DNA of 64,000 nucleotides from an uncultured Gammaproteobacteria bacterium (GTDB taxonomy: Bacteria > Patescibacteriota > Patescibacteriia > UBA2169). Where the stretch lies: assembly GCA_964611875.1 (NCBI GenBank), contig CAZTBF010000002.1:184439-248438 (forward strand), given 5' to 3'. Both the position numbers and the translations under genes were made by a program. Shown here in pieces: positions 7,937 through 15,009 of the stretch; position 1 is the stretch's first letter, and the number at the start of each line of letters is the position of its first letter. Under the pieces are notes generated by a model that saw nothing but the letters and a program-made list of their open reading frames with translations, was not told the DNA's origin and ran no database searches.

Positions 7937-8020
7937 GGAGAAAAAACAAAATACAGATTCATTTTTAAGAGTGCCTAAGAGTACTTAGGCAAGAGAGAAA
8001 AACCCGTACATCATATAACA

Positions 8021-8091
8021 CAGCGTATGCGGTTCGCGCTTGCCTGACGGCAAATGCTCACCCAAGTTGCTACGCAACTTCGCATACGCTG
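8021..8091. repeat. 71-nt three-stem palindromic element
   Basis: 11-bp outer stem CAGCGTATGCG/CGCATACGCTG encloses TTGCC-TGAC-GGCAA and AAGTTGC-TAC-GCAACTT hairpins. Confidence 0.5.
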
Positions 8092-8127
8092 GAACGTTAG
8101 CTGAAATACAATTAAGATTAAACTCAT

Positions 8128-8403
8128 ATGTCCCACCTCATAACCCTCCTAATAGGCCTCCTTATCGGCTACTCCATCGGACGTGAACATACGCCCAAGC
8201 CAACCAACTCAAAAGAATCACGCAAAGAAAAAATACTCGCACACCTCGAAGAAAACGAAAAAATAACCAATAACGAAGTAGAAGCATTACTCGGAGTAGG
8301 CGACACCACCGCATACAAATACCTCCAAGAACTCGAAGAAGCAGGCACCATCCAACAACACGGAGAAACAGGAAAATACGTCTATTACACCCTCAAAAAG
8401 TAA
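8128..8403 (+). CDS. Membrane-anchored winged-helix DNA-binding protein
   Basis: N-terminal TM (LITLLIGLLIGYSIG) followed by a wHTH-like segment (ITNNEVEALLGVGDTTAYKYLQELEEAGTI). Confidence 0.7.
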   Translation: MSHLITLLIGLLIGYSIGREHTPKPTNSKESRKEKILAHLEENEKITNNEVEALLGVGDTTAYKYLQELEEAGTIQQHGETGKYVYYTLKK

Positions 8404-8430
8404 CGGTCACCCATGTGACCGTTAACTTTT
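8402..8430 (+). terminator. Intrinsic terminator AACGGTCACCCATGTGACCGTT plus T-run
   Basis: Perfect stem. The 28-nt string TAACGGTCACCCATGTGACCGTTAACTTTT is repeated identically at 9384-9411. Confidence 0.75.
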
Positions 8431-8597
8431 TTAAAGAGAAACTTTGTATTCATCTTAAGCATTTTGGTGTAAAAATTAGCTAATATAAGCATAATTAAAA
8501 ACATATTGCTTGCTTTTTTTGTTGTTTTATGATATAGTATAAAGTAACAAAAATCGTACAAAGGTAGTTTAAAATCCATTTTTTAGGAGGTGTTTTA

Positions 8598-9341
8598 ATG
8601 AAACACACGTCTTTTAGTATCATGATTATTCTGTTATTGGTACCGTTTATTGGGTGCACATTGAACAACTCTGTAGGGCCAAATGATGTTGATTTTCAAC
8701 ACCATCAACCAGCTGCAAAAGTGGTTGCCAAGGACTCACCACCTGCATGGATTGCTTTTCGTGTAGTTGATTCGAATGGCAAACCAGTGAATGGAGTCGA
8801 AGTTCGTTTTGGCAACAGTGTTGCTGGAAGACCATTTCAGTGGGCAGTTGGAGCAACTACCATTTTTGAAGGTATTGCTTCACTGGAGTTTCATGTATGG
8901 GAATATTTGCCCTACAATAGTGGCATGTATCAATATGTGATGTTGTATAAAGGAAAAGAGATTGATAAAGGACATAGTCTGCCCTTGAATGCCGGTCGCA
9001 TGACTGAAGTTCAATTTGAAATTGGTAACGGGTGGAAAATTTTAGATGAGTATCCACTTGGGCAAAAACCAATTCCAGTCCTGCGTCGTGATACTGAAGA
9101 GGAAATCATTTTTTCATTTTTGTTGAATGATCATAAACATTCCAATTATGAGCTATTTGCTGATTGGGCAAAAACTGGAGATTTTGCAGTTGAAGAGTAT
9201 ATGAGTATGCAGGTTAATTATATACTCTATAAAACACGTGGTACGTTTGTACTTCCTGCAGAAGCGATTGGCCGTGTTCGTGTAACACTTATTGATACAA
9301 CAAGTGTTGGACCAATCCAAACAATGTTCATTGATTTATAG
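8598..9341 (+). CDS. Putative lipoprotein, function unknown
   Basis: AGGAGG SD; signal peptide with lipobox LVPFIG-C. Confidence 0.75.
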   Translation: MKHTSFSIMIILLLVPFIGCTLNNSVGPNDVDFQHHQPAAKVVAKDSPPAWIAFRVVDSNGKPVNGVEVRFGNSVAGRPFQWAVGATTIFEGIASLEFHVWEYLPYNSGMYQYVMLYKGKEIDKGHSLPLNAGRMTEVQFEIGNGWKILDEYPLGQKPIPVLRRDTEEEIIFSFLLNDHKHSNYELFADWAKTGDFAVEEYMSMQVNYILYKTRGTFVLPAEAIGRVRVTLIDTTSVGPIQTMFIDL

Positions 9342-9349
9342 ATACAGAG

Positions 9350-9413
9350 CCCCTTTCACAGGATGTGAGAGGGGTTGTTTTTTTAACGGTCACCCATGTG
9401 ACCGTTAACTTTT
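9350..9413 (+). terminator. Tandem intrinsic terminators
   Basis: CCCCTTTCACA..TGTGAGAGGGG plus T-run, then AACGGTCACCCATGTGACCGTT plus T-run. Confidence 0.7.
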
Positions 9414-9511
9414 TATGCTAAAAACCATCTCTAGACAGAAAATACAAAGTATACTATACTTGTTTGTTTCAATCGTTCGTTTTATTCCCCTTCATAGAAA
9501 AGAGGTTTGCA

Positions 9512-9892
9512 ATGGCTAGGAATTCATTAGTAGATAAATTTCCAGACGGAGGGCGGTGGTTTCTTATGTTTGAAATTTGCTGCCACACCGAGATAATATA
9601 TTCGCATCCGTCTCGAAAAACTTTCATACGTATAGACCATAGAGTAAAAAAATACGAAACAGCACTAAAAAGGGCAACAAAAGTATGGTACGAGGTAATA
9701 GTTCCGGCAGCTGAAAAAAGAGAATTGTCTGTAGTGCTGCCCACTTTGGTGTTTGGGGGGTATATATTATTAGACGAATGGCATGAAAAACGCTTTGCAG
9801 AAAGACCTCCATTAACCCAGATTGGATCAGATGAAAAAGTAAAATTGCTCATGGATCAGCTAGAGGAAGATCTTATAGGAGGGAGCTATTAA
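9512..9892 (+). CDS. Hypothetical protein
   Basis: ATG at 9512 is preceded by AAGAGG, and a terminator follows at 9901. The ORF track start at 9464 is less likely. Confidence 0.55.
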   Translation: MARNSLVDKFPDGGRWFLMFEICCHTEIIYSHPSRKTFIRIDHRVKKYETALKRATKVWYEVIVPAAEKRELSVVLPTLVFGGYILLDEWHEKRFAERPPLTQIGSDEKVKLLMDQLEEDLIGGSY

Positions 9893-9900
9893 TTTACCTG

Positions 9901-9935
9901 ATCGGTCTACTTATACAGTAGATCGATTTTTTTTA
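9901..9935 (+). terminator. Intrinsic terminator
   Basis: ATCGGTCTACT..AGTAGATCGAT stem plus T8. Confidence 0.7.
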
Positions 9936-10132
9936 TAGAAAAGTTAGATTGTTTATTTTTGGTATACAATACATATTAAAAAGAACATCATCGTATTAGT
10001 AAGCACACTTACACTCATAACAGCTGGTCACATAGGGTGACCGTTACCTTTTTTATACATTGACAACACCCCCACACAAGCGTACCATAGCAAACACCAA
10101 AACGTTCATTCCAAAAAAACAAAGGAGCAACC

Positions 10133-10546
10133 ATGCCCTTATTCTTTTATCGGTTGTACGAAAAACATCCCGCACGAATTATAGCCGTTGGCTTATTGGC
10201 ACTTGCAATATTCATAACCTATATTTCGTTCGTTACTGTATCAAAACAGTTTAACGTAATGACAAGTATTATAATGGTAGTAATTTTCTGGTTTATAATG
10301 GTAATAGGGTGTTCACGATTACAGATACCCAACCGAAATCACGATTATAGTTTATTCGAAGAAATATTTGCTGAAATGGTAATGGACACCCATGCAGAGC
10401 GAATATTTTTGTTAAAGTTGTGGGGGATTAGGAATAACGGATACCGCCGTTTTTCATGTGGATTGGTATTGTACTTGGTCATTAAACCAATACAAAAAGT
10501 GTTCAACATCGTCCTACGCAAAATCAGACGCTACACCCAGAGATAA
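10133..10546 (+). CDS. Small integral membrane protein, function unknown
   Basis: AAAGGAG SD 6 nt upstream; two or three hydrophobic helices. Confidence 0.65.
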   Translation: MPLFFYRLYEKHPARIIAVGLLALAIFITYISFVTVSKQFNVMTSIIMVVIFWFIMVIGCSRLQIPNRNHDYSLFEEIFAEMVMDTHAERIFLLKLWGIRNNGYRRFSCGLVLYLVIKPIQKVFNIVLRKIRRYTQR

Positions 10547-10605
10547 TATACTCTGGGATTTTTTTATAAAAAAACCTTTGTATTTCTACAAAGGTTATAT
10601 TGTTA

Positions 10606-11193
10606 TTATACAACTCCCGCATCTTTGCGAAGCAACGGCATAAATCCAAGGCATCCTTTTTTGTATACCAAGAGTTGATATATGCAGTACCCATTCTCAA
10701 CTCGATCGTTACCGTACATGATACCAGGAATGTAGTCTTGTGTGTCGTTTTTCTCTACACCTTCAGGATGGATAGAAACAATAGTTCCAGAAATATGATC
10801 AAAATGACCGGTGGTATCAAGGTTTATCAACTCCATACCCACTGCAATCTTGCCCTCATCAATAAGTTTCAGAAATTGGCGATAGGTAATTCTGTGCTTC
10901 ATGCATACAGCAGTGTATGGAGATTCTTTGAAGGCTTCTTCTTCCGAAAGAACTTTCACTAAGGGGTGGCATAACTGTGGAATGCGAATCATGTTCATAT
11001 CAACAATGGTATTGTTGATCCAAAATAGCTGTATATTATGCATATTAAAAGGACTTCGAATAAACCAACCATGTTTTTCTTCATCCCCTTTGTTTGCCAC
11101 CTTCCAAATACGATTATTTGCATCACGAATTTCGTCACCAATGGAAAGAGTATTCCATTGATCTTGTGTAATAGATGTTTCGGGAGTATCCAT
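10606..11193 (-). CDS. Hypothetical protein (195 aa)
   Basis: Long ORF and last gene of a three-gene minus-strand unit. No motif recognised. Confidence 0.6.
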   Translation of the reverse strand: MDTPETSITQDQWNTLSIGDEIRDANNRIWKVANKGDEEKHGWFIRSPFNMHNIQLFWINNTIVDMNMIRIPQLCHPLVKVLSEEEAFKESPYTAVCMKHRITYRQFLKLIDEGKIAVGMELINLDTTGHFDHISGTIVSIHPEGVEKNDTQDYIPGIMYGNDRVENGYCIYQLLVYKKGCLGFMPLLRKDAGVV

Positions 11194-11297
11194 TATCTAC
11201 ATCTCCTATACCAGCTTGGTTAAAAGGATATAAAAAGAACACTATTGTATATCATTATATCTATGAGTTGTCAAAAGATAAAAAAATCCCCCATGAA

Positions 11298-11810
11298 TCA
11301 TGAGGGAGGAACAATCGGTTTTGGACTAATTTTTACATTAATCACATCTTCAATAGGAATACAGTACAATGTGTTATCAATACTTACAGATTGAAGAACA
11401 AACGAAGTACATACCTTTACTGGGGAGGTACTGTTTTGTTCTTGTAGTGCTTGTTCTGTTTTTTGAGAAGCAATCAATGCTCCATAACATGTATGTGTAA
11501 GCAACACTCGTTCGCCAGCAGAAAAATGAATGTCATGATCAAAATTGATAAGATCATCCGTGAGTAATTTTCTTCTCAAGACAGTAAAAAACATATTGCC
11601 AGTCAACTCAAGAGCCAATTGGTTCCATTGTCGAATAGCAGTATCACGCACCTGCGTAAGAGCATTAAACTCAGGTGTAGATGCTGGAGAGAGTCCCATA
11701 ATCTCTGCCTGATTAAGAAATGTCCATTCCTGAATAATGCGATGAGCAAACCTGAAAAGATCCTTTTTCTTTTTTGGATACAGGTGAATAAAGTCATCAT
11801 ACTGTTTCAT
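11298..11810 (-). CDS. Hypothetical protein (170 aa)
   Basis: Long ORF starting 12 nt downstream of the 86-aa ORF stop. No motif recognised. Confidence 0.6.
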   Translation of the reverse strand: MKQYDDFIHLYPKKKKDLFRFAHRIIQEWTFLNQAEIMGLSPASTPEFNALTQVRDTAIRQWNQLALELTGNMFFTVLRRKLLTDDLINFDHDIHFSAGERVLLTHTCYGALIASQKTEQALQEQNSTSPVKVCTSFVLQSVSIDNTLYCIPIEDVINVKISPKPIVPPS

Positions 11811-11822
11811 TGGAATACTCCT

Positions 11823-12083
11823 TTACACAATAGGCAAGTCAGATCCTTCTTGTAATGCTTCTACCGCTTGTTTCCTGAGTTCAAAATCATGCTGGATAAT
11901 AAAATGAAATTCTGTAGCCAGTTGATCGCTCCCCAAAATATAACCAATATTAGCACCACCAATGATGCATGTTTTTCCTGCTCGTTCTTCAGCACGAGCA
12001 AGAATAGTATCATGTGGTTCGGTTACTTTATCTGGATATTTTTCTAAATAAGCACTAATTGTTGAAAGAGCATACATATGCAC
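11823..12083 (-). CDS. Hypothetical protein (86 aa)
   Basis: First ORF of the minus-strand unit. No motif recognised. Confidence 0.5.
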   Translation of the reverse strand: MHMYALSTISAYLEKYPDKVTEPHDTILARAEERAGKTCIIGGANIGYILGSDQLATEFHFIIQHDFELRKQAVEALQEGSDLPIV

Positions 12084-12156
12084 CTCCCTTAATAGGTATG
12101 TGTCATAATCGAATTACCTATGTTGTATCCTAGATACCTTTTTTGGTCAAGCAGTA

Positions 12157-12185
12157 TTGCACCAAACGCCAGTATTTAGTATGCT
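12157..12185 (+). promoter_or_regulatory. Sigma70-like promoter of the SET gene (TTGCAC-17-TATGCT)
   Basis: The -10 ends 8 nt before the ATG at 12194 and there is no SD. Confidence 0.45.
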
Positions 12186-12193
12186 AAACACTC

Positions 12194-12607
12194 ATGAAAA
12201 AAGCAGGACGACCAAAACAACAACCCAAAAAAGTAGCAGTAAAACGATCCAAAGCAGGACTCGGATTATTTGCGGAAGAAGATATCAAACGAGATGAGTT
12301 CATCATAGAATACACCGGCGAACTCCTCACCACCGAAGAATCAGACGACCGACCAAATAAATACCTGTTCGAAGTAAACAGCCGATGGACCATAGACGGC
12401 AGCCCACGCAGCAACATCGCGCGCTACATCAACCACTCATGCAGGCCAAATTGTGAACCCGATATTTTTGGACACAAAATAAAAATCTACGCCATAAAAA
12501 ATATTAAAGCAGGGGAAGAGCTCGGGTACGATTACGGTAAAGACCACTGGAACGAATACATAAAACCTCATGGGTGTAAATGTGTGAAATGTAGTGAAAA
12601 AAAATAG
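12194..12607 (+). CDS. SET-domain protein lysine methyltransferase
   Basis: NHSCRPNC, GEELGYDYG and a C-terminal CKCVKC post-SET-like cluster. Confidence 0.85.
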   Translation: MKKAGRPKQQPKKVAVKRSKAGLGLFAEEDIKRDEFIIEYTGELLTTEESDDRPNKYLFEVNSRWTIDGSPRSNIARYINHSCRPNCEPDIFGHKIKIYAIKNIKAGEELGYDYGKDHWNEYIKPHGCKCVKCSEKK

Positions 12608-12705
12608 CCCAACAAGGGTAAGTAGTCGAGAAACAAAAAGACGTGTATGATATACATAGCTATTAAACGCACTCTCTAGCCCCCCGCAGGGGAATCTCTT
12701 ATCCT

Positions 12706-13560
12706 ATGCCAGATAAATTTAATGCAACCTGGGTCTCCCATTCATCAATAAGTGACTACCTTATATGCCCGCGCGCATACTATTTGAAAAACGTATATAA
12801 GGACCCACAAAGCAATCACAAAATAACCCTCATCACTCCAGCATTAGCGCTCGGCCAAACCGTGCACGAGATTTTGGAATCCTTGTCCGTATTACCCGTG
12901 CAAGAACGCGTACTCGCAAACTTAGTACCACAGTTCCAAAAAGCGTGGGAAAAAGTAAGCGGAGAAAAAGGAGGATTCACCAGTGTTTCGCAAGAAAAAA
13001 AATATAAAGAACGCGGAGAAGAAATCATGCGACGAGTGTTCAACAACCCTGGACCACTCAAGCATAAAGCTGTAAAAGTGCAAAAAGATTTGCTCTGGTA
13101 CTGGCTTTCGGAAGAAGATGAAATTATATTATGCGGAAAAATAGACTGGATGGAATATTTGGAACAAAGCGACGCCGTGCATATTATAGATTTTAAAACA
13201 GGGCAACACAAAGAAACCAACTCCATGCAGTTGCCGATTTATTATTTGCTCGCCACACACTCCCAAAAACGAAACGTGCAAAAAATGAGCTACTGGTATG
13301 TAGCGCTCGAAGACACCTTAACCGAACTCGAGTTGCCCAATATAGAAGAAGCACAAAAACAAGTGCTCGAAATAGCACGGAAAATAAAACTCGCACGCAC
13401 CCTCGAAAAATTTACCTGCCCGAAAAATGGGTGCAGAGCATGCGAACCATTTGAACGCATTATACAAGGAGAAGGAAAACTGGTAGCAACGGATGATTTT
13501 AATCGTGATCAGTATATTTTGCCAGACGCACCGGAAGAAGACGCAGAAGTAATTTTGTAA
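12706..13560 (+). CDS. Cas4/AddB-type PD-(D/E)XK nuclease with four-Cys cluster (stand-alone)
   Basis: N-terminal Cys (YLICPRAYYL), GKIDWME, IIDFKTG, QLPIYY and C-terminal CPKNGCRAC. Confidence 0.8.
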   Translation: MPDKFNATWVSHSSISDYLICPRAYYLKNVYKDPQSNHKITLITPALALGQTVHEILESLSVLPVQERVLANLVPQFQKAWEKVSGEKGGFTSVSQEKKYKERGEEIMRRVFNNPGPLKHKAVKVQKDLLWYWLSEEDEIILCGKIDWMEYLEQSDAVHIIDFKTGQHKETNSMQLPIYYLLATHSQKRNVQKMSYWYVALEDTLTELELPNIEEAQKQVLEIARKIKLARTLEKFTCPKNGCRACEPFERIIQGEGKLVATDDFNRDQYILPDAPEEDAEVIL

Positions 13561-13561
13561 T

Positions 13562-13828
13562 ATGCCGAAAAGACTCAGCTCCGTAACCGTACGTTGCAGA
13601 TGTGGCATGGAGTTATTTAAGTATCACAAAATGGGAACCGGAAGATTAGTAAAATGTTATCAATCCCGCATTACGCAGGACAACATAGGAGCAACACAAT
13701 CAAAAGAAAATGGGGAGGAGGTGTTGTGCCCCACATGCACCGCACGCATTGCAACCATACAGATGATAACAGGCAAGCCCGCTCTAAAGTTAAATCAAGG
13801 GCAAATACAGAATATTCATATACATTAA
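13562..13828 (+). CDS. Small zinc-ribbon protein (second Com-like CxCG..LFK protein)
   Basis: VRCRCGMELFKY and LCPTCTARI. Starts 1 nt after the nuclease stop. Confidence 0.55.
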   Translation: MPKRLSSVTVRCRCGMELFKYHKMGTGRLVKCYQSRITQDNIGATQSKENGEEVLCPTCTARIATIQMITGKPALKLNQGQIQNIHIH

Positions 13829-13829
13829 T

Positions 13830-14267
13830 ATGGCAAATCAAAATAAAACCAAACCAACCAAAATCAGTGTTTCTGCATACATACAAACACTTGATACCCC
13901 TGAGCAAAAAAAAGATGTTAAAACGATTATACAACTTTGGAAAGAGATTACTCCGTACAAACCAAAGATATGGGGAGAGAGTATTATTGGCTTTGGTGAG
14001 TATCACTATAAATACAAATCTGGCCGAGAGGGAGATTTCTTTTTAGTAGGGGCATCGGCACGCAAACAAAGCCTTACCATATATGCTATGAATGGCTGGG
14101 AAGAGTACAAGGCATTGCTTAAAAAACTTGGACCACATAAACTTGGTTCATCGTGTTTATATATAAAAAAAATAGAGGCAATACATCTACCAACCTTAAA
14201 ACAGTTGATGAAAAAAGCATACAAAGATACGTATGCATATATCAAAAAGGAGCATACGTTACAGTAG
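13830..14267 (+). CDS. DUF1801/YdhG-like protein
   Basis: Overall YdhG-like pattern (AYIQTL..KKDVKTIIQLWKEIT). Starts 1 nt after the upstream stop. Confidence 0.65.
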   Translation: MANQNKTKPTKISVSAYIQTLDTPEQKKDVKTIIQLWKEITPYKPKIWGESIIGFGEYHYKYKSGREGDFFLVGASARKQSLTIYAMNGWEEYKALLKKLGPHKLGSSCLYIKKIEAIHLPTLKQLMKKAYKDTYAYIKKEHTLQ

Positions 14268-14318
14268 GTAAAAGAGAGTATGTAATTCTAACGTTCTTTT
14301 AGTAGGAGGTACTGCACC

Positions 14319-14483
14319 ATGAGTAAACAACCCGTGGATCAGATACAATCAAAAAAAGATGACAATACAACTTCATCTCCATTAATACAGTTGCCACCAG
14401 ACAAATTACAAGAATACCATAATTTGATAAAGTGGCAGTTAGATTCTGCATACACTATTCGTGATTATTGTATTAATACCTAA
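14319..14483 (+). CDS. Small hypothetical protein (54 aa, below ORF-track cutoff)
   Basis: AGGAGG lies 9 nt upstream of the ATG. Translation is MSKQPVDQIQSKKDDNTTSSPLIQLPPDKLQEYHNLIKWQLDSAYTIRDYCINT. A hairpin plus T8 follows. Confidence 0.45.
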   Translation: MSKQPVDQIQSKKDDNTTSSPLIQLPPDKLQEYHNLIKWQLDSAYTIRDYCINT

Positions 14484-14515
14484 CCTGCACAATATGTGCT
14501 GGTTTTTTTTATAAC

Positions 14516-14545
14516 AAAAATCCGCCTTATCGGCGGAATTTTTGT
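14516..14545. terminator. Bidirectional terminator (TCCGCC..GGCGGA)
   Basis: A-run, stem and T-run. It lies immediately 3' of tRNA-His on the minus strand. Confidence 0.65.
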
Positions 14546-14546
14546 A

Positions 14547-14621
14547 TGGGGCGACTAGAGGGAATTGAACCCTCGTTAACGGGACCACAACCCGCTGTTC
14601 TACCATTGAACTATAGCCGCC
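14547..14621 (-). tRNA. tRNA-His (GTG) with encoded G-1 and CCA
   Basis: Hand-folded cloverleaf with acceptor GCGGCTA/TAGTCGC, an extra 5' G, anticodon loop TTGTGGT and T-loop TTCAATT. Confidence 0.9.
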
Positions 14622-14795
14622 GCGTCAAAGTCGGAACTTCGTGCTGCGCGTATCCCGTGAGTACACGGTATCCGCTTCGCACTACGTCCGCCTTTTCCTT
14701 TCAAATTTCTGCTTAACTTCGGAGTACCTCAGCCCAAGCAGAAATTTGTAACAAACATTTCACTTAACCTTCGCTACGCTACGGCCCAAGTGAAA
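14622..14795 (-). promoter_or_regulatory. tRNA 5' leader module (divergent body) with two CTTGGGC..GTTAAG hairpins
   Basis: Hairpins at 14703-14747 and 14758-14795 match those at 52167, 52464 and 55785. It ends in TTTGACGC next to tRNA position -1. Confidence 0.6.
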
Positions 14796-14855
14796 ATTTG
14801 GAATATACATATGTTGTTTAGCAATGAAGTGCTACCTTATATATATGCTTGCTCA

Positions 14856-14927
14856 TGCCCCCATCAGGAATCGAACCTAAATCTAGGGATTAGAAGTCCC
14901 TCGTTCTATCCATTGAACTATAGGGGC
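14856..14927 (-). tRNA. tRNA-Arg (TCT), no encoded CCA
   Basis: Hand-folded cloverleaf with acceptor GCCCCTA/TGGGGGC, anticodon loop CTTCTAA and T-loop TTCGATT. Confidence 0.9.
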
Positions 14928-15009
14928 TTAAGCCAACATACATGTTCGATTCGGAAGCATGACACGTCTGAATGTACCACGAACATTGTGTGAAAGTCAA
15001 TAACCAACA

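Noticed and set aside
9469-9852. 127-aa minus-strand ORF overlapping the 9512-9892 plus-strand ORF
   Set aside because: The plus-strand ORF has an AAGAGG SD and a downstream intrinsic terminator in its own orientation. The minus-strand ORF has neither. The confidence of the plus-strand call is still only moderate.
3000-14500. Calling the accessory stretch a prophage
   Set aside because: No capsid, portal, terminase, tail or lysis genes were recognised, and no att-type repeats of the adjacent tRNAs were found. The composition is mosaic. It is treated as an accessory or island-like region only.
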